The notes beneath the pieces are model-generated. The model saw only the letters and a program-made list of their open reading frames with translations. It had not been told where the DNA came from and searched no databases. A stretch of 56,850 bases of DNA from positions 1-56,850 of the forward strand of contig CAZVTD010000001.1 in the NCBI GenBank assembly GCA_964629945.1, read 5' to 3'. Shown here in pieces: positions 27,654-37,019 of this stretch (position 1 is its first letter; each line of letters starts with the position of its first letter). The stretch comes from an uncultured Planctomycetota bacterium. GTDB taxonomy: Bacteria > Planctomycetota > DG-23 > DATKVD01 > CAZVTD01. The position numbers and the translations under genes were made by a program.

Positions 27654-28790
27654 TCAGCGGTTGAGGTGCACGACCCGGGCCACGGGGAAGCCGTTGAACT
27701 GGGTGGCCGAGGCGATCGAGTAGGCCCCGATGTTTTCGCTGTAGACCCTGTCCCCGATGGCAAGGTCCGGCAGGTTTTCGGCCTGGCTGATGATGTCCAG
27801 GGCGTCACAGGTCGGTCCAAAGACGGTGCAGATCTCAGTCGGTCCCTTGCGGAAGGCCTTCACGGAGTATTGGCAGTGGTCGAAGAGGATGCCGTTGAAG
27901 GTGCCATAAATGCCGTCGTTAAGGTAGTAGCAGGTCCTGCCGTCACGCCGGGCCTTGCCGATGACCTCGGCGACAAGCGTGGCGGCCGTCGCCACCAGGA
28001 AGCGTCCCGGTTCGGCGAGGATTTCGATCTCCGGGGGAAACAGGCGGTCGAGCTCGGAGGTGATGACGCGAGCCAGTTCTCGGAACGGACGCACCTCGTG
28101 ATCGTACCGTGCGGGGAACCCCCCACCGATGTCGATGAGCTTAATCTCGTAGCCGCGCGAGCGGGCCTCATCCAGGACCGCCGCCGCGATGGCCAGGGCC
28201 TGGACGTAGTTGTCGAAATTGGTGCATTGGCTTCCGACATGGAAGCAGAGTCCCTCGACAACGAGCCCGGCGTCGTGCGCCGCGGCGATGAGGTCCACCG
28301 CCTCGCCCGGGGCGGCGCCGAATTTGCTCGATAACTCGACCATCGAACCGGTGTTGGGCACACGGATCCGCAAGGCCAATCCGGCGTGCGGCGCATGCTG
28401 CCGAACCTTCTCGACCTCCGCGAAGTTGTCGTAGGTCACCAGGGGCTTGTACCGGTCAAGTTCCTGCAGGGTGGCCCTGTCCTTGATGGGGTTGGCGTAG
28501 ATGATCTTGTCCCAGATGTAGTCCTGACGCTTTCGGGGGGACAGTCGGCAGATGTGGGCATGGACCAGTTGAAACTCGGCGACGGAAGCCACGTCGAAAC
28601 TGCCCCCCAGACGGTAGAACGTTCGGACGATCTGGGGGTCGGGATTGGCTTTGACGGCGTAATAGGCCTGGACGCGGGGCAGGTGCCGCTTGAACTCGCG
28701 GTAGTTACGCCGCAGCACGTCGTGATCGATCACGAAAAGCGGTGTCCCGTGCGTCCGAGCCAGTTTCTGAAGCGTCGAAACTTTCGGCAT
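27654..28790 (-). CDS. ornithine (Orn/Lys/Arg) decarboxylase, PLP-dependent fold-type III
   Basis: It has YYAVKANP (PLP lysine), DIGGGFP and GPTCDALD motifs. I preferred the ATG at 28790 (GGAAGGAA upstream) over 28820. Confidence 0.85.
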   Translation of the reverse strand: MPKVSTLQKLARTHGTPLFVIDHDVLRRNYREFKRHLPRVQAYYAVKANPDPQIVRTFYRLGGSFDVASVAEFQLVHAHICRLSPRKRQDYIWDKIIYANPIKDRATLQELDRYKPLVTYDNFAEVEKVRQHAPHAGLALRIRVPNTGSMVELSSKFGAAPGEAVDLIAAAHDAGLVVEGLCFHVGSQCTNFDNYVQALAIAAAVLDEARSRGYEIKLIDIGGGFPARYDHEVRPFRELARVITSELDRLFPPEIEILAEPGRFLVATAATLVAEVIGKARRDGRTCYYLNDGIYGTFNGILFDHCQYSVKAFRKGPTEICTVFGPTCDALDIISQAENLPDLAIGDRVYSENIGAYSIASATQFNGFPVARVVHLNR

Positions 28791-28874
28791 GCTCTCTGTT
28801 CCTTCCAACTGCGGGATCATGGCCGCGCAAGGGCAGCCATGATCCCACTATGCCGCTGTTTGCTGAATCACCCT

Positions 28875-30032
28875 CTACAGGTTCTTGTTGTGCTTCCAGT
28901 ACTCCTCGGTCTCCAGCTTCATCAGGGCGGGAAGCCTGTCGTACAGGCGCTTCAGTTTCCGTGGCTTGTGCTTCGCCAGGGCATAATGCGCGAGCATGGG
29001 CAGGGCGACCGTCGAGTCGAGGTAGCAGACGACCGCATCGGGGAGCTGGTTCGGGTCCACCTTGCCCCAACTGACGGCTTCGTGCGGTGTGGCCCCGGAG
29101 AGTCCGCCGGTGTCGGGACGGGCGTCGGTGAACTGGATGAAGTAGTCGTGTCCTGCCTCCTTGATGCGGAGCACCTCCTGGATTTGCGGCTCGGTCTGGA
29201 GCGTAAAGTTCTTGGGTGATCCGCCGCCCACGAGGAGGACGCCGGTCTGCTCACCACGACGCTTCGCCCCGAGGACGATGGCCGTCGTCTCGTTCACGTC
29301 GCGCGAGGGATTGACACGAAGTTTCGAGCCTCGAAGTTCCAGGCCAGCGATGTTCATGCCGATGGTCGAGTCGCCCGGCGACGGACAGAAGCACGGCACC
29401 CCCGCACGGTACGCCGCGGCAAGGACCGAGGCGTCCTTCAAGCCGGCCTGTCGCTCGAACTCGGCGCAATACTTGCCCAGCAGGTAGTGCAGCTCGACCG
29501 TACCCATCTCCTTCTGAAACTCCGGCTGAAGCAGAATCTGCCGCAGCACGTGGTCGGTGGCCATCAACACGTCGTTATAGTCCAGGAGGATGTCGTAGAT
29601 GCGGACCACGCCGCACTTGCGCAGCTCCGGGTCTTTGACGAACGGAGTTCCGCGAAAGAGTGGGAGGTTCATCGCGTGGTGCATGTCGTGGTAGAGGTTC
29701 GCCCCGGTCGCCACGATCCAGTCGACAAACCCGGCCTTGATGAGCGGGACGACTGCTGCGGAGCCAAGGCCCGCAGGCGTCAGTGCTCCGGCCAGACTCA
29801 TGGCCACCGTCGTACGCCCGCCGAGCATCTTCTCGGTAAACAAACGGCAGGCCTCCTGGAGACGTCCCGCGTTGTAGGCCAGGAACGTCCGCTCGACGAG
29901 TTCCACGAGCGGCTCCTTTCCCGTGATGGGGTTGGGCAGAATTCTCTGTCCGCTCAGGAAACGTCCCTTGCCCTTGGAGAATTTGTGGGGGTACTTGCTC
30001 ACGAACTTCTTCGGCAACTGGACCTTGCCCAT
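28875..30032 (-). CDS. deoxyhypusine synthase family protein (bacterial homospermidine-synthase-like)
   Basis: The sequence has a DHS-family look ([14 protein letters not shown]...[11 protein letters not shown]...GGGSPKNF). It lies directly upstream of the decarboxylase. Confidence 0.75.
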   Translation of the reverse strand: MGKVQLPKKFVSKYPHKFSKGKGRFLSGQRILPNPITGKEPLVELVERTFLAYNAGRLQEACRLFTEKMLGGRTTVAMSLAGALTPAGLGSAAVVPLIKAGFVDWIVATGANLYHDMHHAMNLPLFRGTPFVKDPELRKCGVVRIYDILLDYNDVLMATDHVLRQILLQPEFQKEMGTVELHYLLGKYCAEFERQAGLKDASVLAAAYRAGVPCFCPSPGDSTIGMNIAGLELRGSKLRVNPSRDVNETTAIVLGAKRRGEQTGVLLVGGGSPKNFTLQTEPQIQEVLRIKEAGHDYFIQFTDARPDTGGLSGATPHEAVSWGKVDPNQLPDAVVCYLDSTVALPMLAHYALAKHKPRKLKRLYDRLPALMKLETEEYWKHNKNL

Positions 30033-30489
30033 CGCTTCGCCTTTCTATTCATTAGAATGCAAGTGAAGATCTTGGCTGTCAGCTTCGCCGCCTGAGGACC
30101 GAGGGCGTTTTTACCATGGACCGTCGACGGCCTGCCCGTAAGTCCGTGGCATGATACAAGATGAGCCCCGACTCAGCAATAGGCAATTTCACCCAAGGAC
30201 ATGTTATGCTCAAGACCTGCCGCCCAGGCCCAGATTGTCCCAGTCGCCGAACCAGTAACAGGTCGGATGTCGTTGGCTGGCAGCGTAATAGGCCTGTGAT
30301 GCAACCTGGGGTGACAGAAAACACGCAAGGAGCGCGATGATGGCTCATCGTCGTGTGCTGCAAGTCACGTATTGGCGGATATGCCTTGCCGCTTTCAGCC
30401 GACACCTTATGATGGGCAAACGCCCGTGCCAGCAAGGACCGCCCCACCTCTACGATAGGCAAGGGGTGTTCCCGAAATAGGAGGCGATT

Positions 30490-30505
30490 TGGCACGGGAT
30501 TTGCT
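30490..30505 (+). promoter_or_regulatory. sigma-54 promoter TGGCACgggatTTGCT
   Basis: It matches TGGCAC-N5-TTGCW exactly, 45 nt upstream of the ATG at 30551. Confidence 0.75.
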
Positions 30506-30550
30506 GTATAATTCTGCGGGTGCTGCACGGTGACGATGCAGGAGCAACCA

Positions 30551-31804
30551 ATGAAAAGTGCGTTTCGGCTATATCGACTGCCGATTATCGTGGCCCTCCT
30601 GATGATCGCGGGGCTGACTTTCTGGGCGGTGCAGGCGTATCGTGATATTCTCGCCCGAGAGAAGGAAATGCAAAGACAGTTCACAATGGGAGCCGCCGAA
30701 TCCATCACCGGGACGCTTCAGGCCTTGGAACGCGACGGGAATCTGGATGTCGAACAGGCGCAGCAGGTGCTTGAGAGCATCGTCCGACAGAGGCCCCTGC
30801 GCTTCATCGTTCTGGAACAAGCAGGAAGACGGCTCATCGAGGTCGGAGACGTGCCGAAGAACCTGGTCACCGAAAGCGCGGCCGGCGAGATGGATCTTGA
30901 AGGCGCGTTTGTGTATTGGTCCGAGCTGCATGGACAAAACGAGGGCCGAACCCTGATTCTCGGCTCGGAATTCTCGCGGAATCGGGGCAGAATCCCCCCG
31001 CCGTTGAGGAGTGTGCTCGTCACCGTGTCCGTGGCGTTCCTCTTTGTCGCGGCCAGTCTGGTGGCCTGGATGATGGGCATCCGAAGTCACCTGCTGGCCG
31101 AGCAGCTCATCAACGAGCGTGCACGTCGAGCCCACCTCGAAGAATTGGGGCTTACTGCTGCGGGTCTGGCACATGAGACCAAAAATCCTCTGGGAATCAT
31201 CTCGGGGATCACCGAGCGCGTCCTGGCCGATCAGCGCACCCCCGAGGAGAGCCGCGCCATGCTTGAGCATGTCCTGGACGAGGTGGACAAGGCAACGGCG
31301 CGACTCGGAGACTTCATCGCCTTTGCCCGACCTAACAAGGCCAGAATCAAATCCGTGGACGCTAGGACGGTGTTTCCCAAGGTGGAGGCGGTCCTGCGTC
31401 CCGATTTCGACGAAGCCGGAGTGGCCCTGGAGGTGGATTGTCCCACCCTATCGATTCACGCCGACCGGGAGATGCTGGAGCAGATCCTGGTGAATCTGCT
31501 CTTGAACAGTCTGCACGCCTCTTCGGCAGGCGGTCGAGTGACGGTTCACCTGCAACGACATGGTTCCGCCGCCGTGCTGAAGGTGGAGGACCACGGAGAA
31601 GGCATCCCGGAGAACCTGCTGCCGAACATTTTCAAGCCGTATGTCGTTGGCAATCCCAGTGGACACGGCCTGGGGCTGGCCATCGTCAAGCGCTTCGTCG
31701 AAGAACACGGATGGAACATACAGGTCGTCTCGCGGATTGGCGAGGGGACCGCGGTGACGATCTCGGGGATTGAGGTCTCGGGCTCCCAGGAGGACCTGCA
31801 ATGA
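30551..31804 (+). CDS. sensor histidine kinase (two TM segments, HisKA + HATPase_c)
   Basis: The H-box is LAHETKNPLGII, with N/G boxes NLLLNSLHA and GHGLGLAIV. I chose the ATG at 30551 because AGGAG lies 6 nt upstream and the sigma-54 promoter places the TSS near 30517. Confidence 0.85.
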   Translation: MKSAFRLYRLPIIVALLMIAGLTFWAVQAYRDILAREKEMQRQFTMGAAESITGTLQALERDGNLDVEQAQQVLESIVRQRPLRFIVLEQAGRRLIEVGDVPKNLVTESAAGEMDLEGAFVYWSELHGQNEGRTLILGSEFSRNRGRIPPPLRSVLVTVSVAFLFVAASLVAWMMGIRSHLLAEQLINERARRAHLEELGLTAAGLAHETKNPLGIISGITERVLADQRTPEESRAMLEHVLDEVDKATARLGDFIAFARPNKARIKSVDARTVFPKVEAVLRPDFDEAGVALEVDCPTLSIHADREMLEQILVNLLLNSLHASSAGGRVTVHLQRHGSAAVLKVEDHGEGIPENLLPNIFKPYVVGNPSGHGLGLAIVKRFVEEHGWNIQVVSRIGEGTAVTISGIEVSGSQEDLQ

Positions 31805-33141
31805 GCCGATTCATCCTGGTTGTTGACGACGAGATTCGTTATCGGGAGCTGTATACGCAAACGCTGGCTTCTGCGGGTTTTGAGGTGCTCTCAGCCGCTT
31901 CCGCCGAGGAAGCCCTGACCATCATTGAAGGCAGCAAGGTGGAACTGGTGGTCAGTGACGTCCGTATGCCCGGTGCAGACGGGATCACATTGCTGCGCAT
32001 GACCCGGGACAGACACCCGGATTTGCCGTTCGTCCTGGTGACGGCATATGCCGACGTTCGAGACGCCGTCGGAGCGCTCAAGCTGGGAGCAGTCGACTAC
32101 CTCGCCAAGCCGGTTGATCTGGACGAGCTTCTCGCCACGGTTCGGGACGCCCTTGGCGTCCGGGCCGAAACACCTGGGTTCAGCGTTCCGGTGGAGGCGA
32201 TAAAAGGCATCGTGGCGGAGAGTCCGGAGATGCGCGTCGTTTTCCGGGACGCCTATCGTGTGGCCAAGAGCGACGCCAACGTTCTTCTGATGGGAGAAAG
32301 CGGAACGGGGAAAGACGTCGTGGCGCTTTTCATTCACCGGAACAGTCCTCGTCAGAACAAGCCGATGGTCACGGTGAACTGTGCGGCGGTTCCGGGGACA
32401 CTGCTGGCCAGCGAGTTGTTCGGACACGAGCGGGGTGCTTTCACGGGTGCCGTGGAAAAACGACAGGGAAAATTCCGTGAGGCCGATGGGGGCACCCTGT
32501 TTCTGGACGAGATTGGCGACATGTCGCTTGAACTGCAAGCCGCGCTTTTACGTGCCATAGAGACCGGCCGGATCAGTCCGGTGGGAAGTGACAAGGAGGT
32601 CGAGGTGGACTATCGGCTCCTTGCGGCCACCAACAGGAACCTGCTTGAGGATGTCGCCGCCAAGCGTTTTCGTCAGGATCTGTACTACCGACTGAATGTC
32701 ATCGCCATCGAGATTCCCCCTCTTCGCGAACGGACGGAGGACATTCTGCCGCTGGCACGTCAACTGCTTTCCGGAGGTGACGCGCAAGGGAAGCGACTTT
32801 CGCGGGCCGCGGCCCGGGCGTTGACCGCTTACCCCTGGCCGGGCAATGTGCGCGAGCTGTCCAACGCCATGGAACACGCCCGCCTCCTCTGCCAGACCGA
32901 CGTGGTGCTTCCGGAACATCTTCCCCCCGCGATCCGCGCCGCGATCGCCGCCGCCACGGTCGAAGCCGGGAAGGCGGCTCCGTTTGCGTGCGTGGAACCC
33001 GGCACACTCGAGGAGAGTGAAGTGCTGACCATCCGTCGTGCCCTGGAGCAGACAGGGGGCAATCGAACCCGCGCCGCCGAGATCCTGGGCATCACCCGAC
33101 GCGGGCTCATCTACAAACTGAAGCGGCTTGGAATCGACTGA
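31801..33141 (+). CDS. sigma-54-dependent response regulator (NtrC family bEBP)
   Basis: It has a receiver domain (VVSDVRMPG), an AAA+ Walker A (GESGTGKD), a GAFTGA loop and a C-terminal Fis-type HTH (NRTRAAEILGITRRGL). Its ATG overlaps the kinase stop as ATGA. Confidence 0.9.
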   Translation: MSRFILVVDDEIRYRELYTQTLASAGFEVLSAASAEEALTIIEGSKVELVVSDVRMPGADGITLLRMTRDRHPDLPFVLVTAYADVRDAVGALKLGAVDYLAKPVDLDELLATVRDALGVRAETPGFSVPVEAIKGIVAESPEMRVVFRDAYRVAKSDANVLLMGESGTGKDVVALFIHRNSPRQNKPMVTVNCAAVPGTLLASELFGHERGAFTGAVEKRQGKFREADGGTLFLDEIGDMSLELQAALLRAIETGRISPVGSDKEVEVDYRLLAATNRNLLEDVAAKRFRQDLYYRLNVIAIEIPPLRERTEDILPLARQLLSGGDAQGKRLSRAAARALTAYPWPGNVRELSNAMEHARLLCQTDVVLPEHLPPAIRAAIAAATVEAGKAAPFACVEPGTLEESEVLTIRRALEQTGGNRTRAAEILGITRRGLIYKLKRLGID

Positions 33142-33233
33142 CGCTCCACAATTCTGCCCTCCGAACGCAGCGCCGTGGTCCTACTCCATTCTGCTGTTTC
33201 CATGCACATCTTGTCACTCAATCCCGGCATTCC

Positions 33234-33275
33234 TTTCACGTGAAACAATTTCACGGTCGTCCTCCAGCCGTGAAA
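33234..33275. promoter_or_regulatory. palindromic TTTCACG-type array, candidate enhancer (UAS) for the bEBP
   Basis: TTTCACGTGAAA (33234-33245) is a perfect palindrome, followed by TTTCACGG-N11-CCGTGAAA (33249-33275). The array lies about 100-135 bp upstream of the sigma-54 promoter at 33371. Confidence 0.5.
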
Positions 33276-33370
33276 GCTTTGCACACTCCTGGCGGGCACA
33301 GGTTGCGTGCCGGTCGGCCAAAAAGCAAATTATTATCCCTGGAGCTTCGTCTCCGGATTTCCACCCCGTT

Positions 33371-33386
33371 TGGCATGCGTTTTGCT
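33371..33386 (+). promoter_or_regulatory. sigma-54 promoter TGGCATgcgttTTGCT
   Basis: It has GG-N10-GC spacing and a TTGCT -12 box, about 85 nt upstream of the adaptor gene. Confidence 0.7.
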
Positions 33387-33470
33387 GTAATGCTCTGGTG
33401 CATAAGGCAAATCGAGGCGTGCCGGACAACAGGACCCGGCACGCGTCTGAACATCGTGCGGAGGTGAATG

Positions 33471-34847
33471 ATGAAGCGATGGATCGGCAGAATCGCAACA
33501 GTACTGCTGCTTCTGGCACTCGCAGGCGTCGCCCTCAGCCGGTACTCCCGGTCGAGCAACGGGCAGGTCTCGGCCTTCCAGACCGTCCAGGTGACGCGCG
33601 GCGGGCTCCTGGTTTCGATTGACGCCACGGGGACGTTGGAGCCGGAAGAAGTGGTGGACATCGGAGCACAGGTCGGCGGCCGAATCATCTCTCTTGGTCA
33701 GGACGCGTCCGGCAAGGTTGTGGACTATGGATCAAACGTGGAGGAGAACGCGGTCCTGGCAACCATTGACGACACCCTTTACCAGGCCGACGTGTCCGAA
33801 GCCCAGTCGAAGGTGAAGTCGGCCAAGGCGAGCGTGCAGCGGACGGAGGCGGACGTGAAGCAATTGCAGGCGAAGTTGCTGCAGGCCGAGCGGGATTGGG
33901 CTCGCGCACAGAAGCTCGGACCTTCCGAAGCCCTGGCTCAGGCCACCTACGATTCGTACGAGTCTGCTTATGAAACAGCCAAGGCCAACGTGGACGTCGG
34001 GAAGGCTGCGGTAGTGGAATCGGAAGCCAGTCTGGCCCAGGCGGAAAGCAACCTGTGGCGAGCCCAGCGGAATCTGGGCTACTGCACAATCCTCTCGCCC
34101 GTCAAGGGCGTGATCATCGACCGTCGCGTGAACATCGGCCAGACCGTGAACGCCAGCATGAGCGCACCGAGCCTGTTCCTTATCGCCAAGGACCTGAAGC
34201 GAATGAAGGTGTGGGTCGCCGTGAATGAGGCCGACATCGCCAAGGTTCATTCCGGACAACCGGTAACGTTCACGGTGGACGCGCTTCCCGACGAAATCTT
34301 CGAGGGCGTGGTCGATAAAATCCGACCGAACGCCTCGATGACGCAAAACGTGGTCACCTACACCGTCGAGATCAGCACCGACAACACCGGCGGTCGACTG
34401 TTGCCCTACCTGTCCGCCAACGTAAAGTTCGAGGTCAGTCGGCGTGAGAACGTCCTTCTTGTGCCGAACGCGGCACTGCGCTGGACCCCATCGGTCGAGC
34501 AGGTTGCCCCCGAGTTCCGGAACGAGTCGTCACAGGCCCAGGGTACACCGGACTCGACACCGGCGGACCTGCCGGACGAAACCGCGCCGACGACAGATCA
34601 CGGGCCAGCACAAAAAGGAATTCTATATGTCGTTCAGGGACAGTACGTGCGCCCCCTGCCCGTTCGGATCGGCATCAGCAATGGCGTATACACCGAAGTG
34701 GAAGGTCAAGGGCTCACCGAGGGCATTGAACTTGTAACGGGGATGCAGACAGCAGCCGCGGCGGCCGCGGCTTCAGCCGAGACCAGCAATCCCTTCACCC
34801 CGAAAATGCCCAAGCCCCCGAAAGGCGCCGGTCCGCCCCCGCGGTAA
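33471..34847 (+). CDS. efflux periplasmic adaptor (HlyD/MacA-type membrane fusion protein)
   Basis: It has an N-terminal anchor, a coiled-coil region (AQSKVKSAKASVQRTEADVKQLQAKLLQAE) and barrel domains. GGAGG lies 6 nt before the ATG at 33471; ATG 33468 is also possible. Confidence 0.85.
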   Translation: MKRWIGRIATVLLLLALAGVALSRYSRSSNGQVSAFQTVQVTRGGLLVSIDATGTLEPEEVVDIGAQVGGRIISLGQDASGKVVDYGSNVEENAVLATIDDTLYQADVSEAQSKVKSAKASVQRTEADVKQLQAKLLQAERDWARAQKLGPSEALAQATYDSYESAYETAKANVDVGKAAVVESEASLAQAESNLWRAQRNLGYCTILSPVKGVIIDRRVNIGQTVNASMSAPSLFLIAKDLKRMKVWVAVNEADIAKVHSGQPVTFTVDALPDEIFEGVVDKIRPNASMTQNVVTYTVEISTDNTGGRLLPYLSANVKFEVSRRENVLLVPNAALRWTPSVEQVAPEFRNESSQAQGTPDSTPADLPDETAPTTDHGPAQKGILYVVQGQYVRPLPVRIGISNGVYTEVEGQGLTEGIELVTGMQTAAAAAAASAETSNPFTPKMPKPPKGAGPPPR

Positions 34848-34882
34848 TCCGGTCACATAAGGACGTCTCAACGGAGGACGAT

Positions 34883-35623
34883 GTGGTTATGGAATTCATC
34901 GAGCTGCATGACATCCGCAAGACCTATCACATGGGAAACATCGAGGTCCCGGCACTCCAGGGGGTCTCGGTGAAGGTGGCCCGGGGTGACTTCGTCGCCC
35001 TGATGGGTGCGTCGGGATCGGGAAAGAGCACACTGATGCACATCATGGGCTGTCTGGATCACGCCAGCTCCGGTCAGTACTGGCTGGACGGTGAGGAGAT
35101 TTCATGTCTGTCGGCTGACCGAAGGGCATTGGTGCGGAACCACAAGATCGGCTTCGTCTTCCAGAGCTTCAACCTTCTGCCTCGGACCAGCGCGCTCGAC
35201 AATGTAGCCATGCCCCTGACCTACACGGCTGAGAACCTATCCGATCGGCAGGCCCGACAACGTGCCCGGGAGATGCTGGTCCGCGTGGGACTGGCCGAGC
35301 GACTGCATCACGAGCCTTCACAGTTATCGGGCGGACAGCAGCAGCGTGTTGCCATCGCACGGGCTCTGGTCAACTGTCCACCGCTGCTTCTGGCCGACGA
35401 ACCGACGGGGAATCTCGACTCACGAACCAGCGACGAAATCCTGAACATGGTCCGTCAACTCAACGAAGAGGACGGCATCACCATTATCCTGGTGACGCAC
35501 GAACTGGACGTCGCCGAGAGAGCACGACGGACTATCCACATCCGCGACGGTGTGATCGTCAATGGCGAGCCAGGCACGACTGACATTCCTGCCGGTCTGG
35601 CTGTCGCGGGAGAAACGTCATGA
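34883..35623 (+). CDS. ABC transporter ATP-binding protein (MacB/LolD-type)
   Basis: It has Walker [10 protein letters not shown], signature LSGGQQQR and Walker B LLLADEPT. Confidence 0.9.
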   Translation: MVMEFIELHDIRKTYHMGNIEVPALQGVSVKVARGDFVALMGASGSGKSTLMHIMGCLDHASSGQYWLDGEEISCLSADRRALVRNHKIGFVFQSFNLLPRTSALDNVAMPLTYTAENLSDRQARQRAREMLVRVGLAERLHHEPSQLSGGQQQRVAIARALVNCPPLLLADEPTGNLDSRTSDEILNMVRQLNEEDGITIILVTHELDVAERARRTIHIRDGVIVNGEPGTTDIPAGLAVAGETS

Positions 35624-36990
35624 AGATCTACCGAACCCTGAAAACCGCTCTGAAGGCATTGCGACGCAATCCGATGCGGGCGGCGTTGACCACGTTGGGC
35701 ATCGTCATCGGAATCGGCGCCGTTATCGCCATGATGGAGATCGGGGAAGGATCATCCTCCCAGTTGCGCAAAACGATCGCCAGCATGGGGGCGAACGTGT
35801 TGCTGGTGATGCCGGGCTCCACGACCAGCAGCGGCGTCAGTCAGGGAAGCGGGAGCACAATCACGTTGACCCCGCGGGATTGCGAGGCGCTTGTCACGGA
35901 GTGTCCCTCGCTGCGCGCGGTGGCCCCGATGGTCCGTGCACGAACGCAGATCGTCTACGGGAACCGTAACTGGGTGCCCAACCAGATGTACGGAACCGGA
36001 CCGGCCTTTCTGGATATCCGTGACTGGACCAACATGTCCGAGGGAGAGGCTTTTTCCGAAAAGGACGTTCTCAATGCGAACCGCGTCTGCCTGCTGGGGC
36101 AGACGATTGCCAGCGAATTGTTCCAGGGCGAGTCGGCGATCGGAAAGGAAATCCGTGTCAACAACGTTCCCTTGCGGGTTGTGGGCGTCCTCGGGCGCAA
36201 GGGAGCCAACATGATGGGCATGGATCAGGACGACGTTCTGATCGCCCCCTGGACCGTCGTCAAATACCGTATCGCCGGCTCGACCCTGTCCTCCTCCAAT
36301 CAGAGCGCCAGCAGCGGCTCCAGCAGTTCGTCGAACACGCTGAGCAGTCTGTACCCCAGCGATCCTCCCGACCTCTACCCCGAACAATCCGAGCAGCAGG
36401 CTCAGAACAACCCCATGCTGGTTCGTTTCACGAGCATCGACTCCATCATGGCGGCGGCACGCAGTGCCGAGCAGATTTCCTCCGCCATGAAGGAGATGAC
36501 GGAAGCGCTTCGCCGACGGCATAATCTCCGCACGGGCCAGGAAGACGACTTCGAGGTGCGCGACATGACCGAAATGACCGACGCCCTCTCCTCCACCACG
36601 ACACTGATGACCAACCTGCTCTTGAGCGTGGCACTGATTTCCCTCGTGGTCGGGGGCGTGGGGATCATGAACATCATGCTGGTGTCCGTGACGGAGCGGA
36701 CTCGTGAGATCGGTCTGCGCATGGCCGTCGGAGCAAGAGGCCGGGACATCCTGCGTCAGTTCCTCATCGAGGCGGTTCTCCTGTGTCTGGTGGGTGGGAT
36801 CATGGGCATCCTGCTGGGTCATGGCGGGTCATTGATGGTGCAGGCTTTTCTGCATTGGCCGGTGGCCACGTCACCGATGGCCATCATCGCGGCGGTGGTG
36901 GTCTCGGCCTCTGTCGGAATCATCTTCGGTTTCTACCCGGCGTGGAAGGCTTCGCGCCTGGATCCCATTGTCGCTTTGCGTTACGAGTGA
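35620..36990 (+). CDS. ABC transporter permease (FtsX/MacB periplasmic-domain type)
   Basis: The layout is an N-terminal TM, a large periplasmic domain and a C-terminal FtsX-like three-TM bundle. Its ATG overlaps the ATPase stop as ATGA. Confidence 0.85.
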   Translation: MKIYRTLKTALKALRRNPMRAALTTLGIVIGIGAVIAMMEIGEGSSSQLRKTIASMGANVLLVMPGSTTSSGVSQGSGSTITLTPRDCEALVTECPSLRAVAPMVRARTQIVYGNRNWVPNQMYGTGPAFLDIRDWTNMSEGEAFSEKDVLNANRVCLLGQTIASELFQGESAIGKEIRVNNVPLRVVGVLGRKGANMMGMDQDDVLIAPWTVVKYRIAGSTLSSSNQSASSGSSSSSNTLSSLYPSDPPDLYPEQSEQQAQNNPMLVRFTSIDSIMAAARSAEQISSAMKEMTEALRRRHNLRTGQEDDFEVRDMTEMTDALSSTTTLMTNLLLSVALISLVVGGVGIMNIMLVSVTERTREIGLRMAVGARGRDILRQFLIEAVLLCLVGGIMGILLGHGGSLMVQAFLHWPVATSPMAIIAAVVVSASVGIIFGFYPAWKASRLDPIVALRYE

Positions 36991-37019
36991 TGTCTTCCGG
37001 GGATGAAAGGAAGTGCAAC

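Noticed and set aside
30079-30708. A 209-aa minus-strand ORF spanning the DHS/kinase intergenic region
   Set aside because: It overlaps the sigma-54 promoter and the kinase 5' end, has no RBS, and has an odd composition. I treat the 457-nt region as non-coding leader or regulatory DNA.
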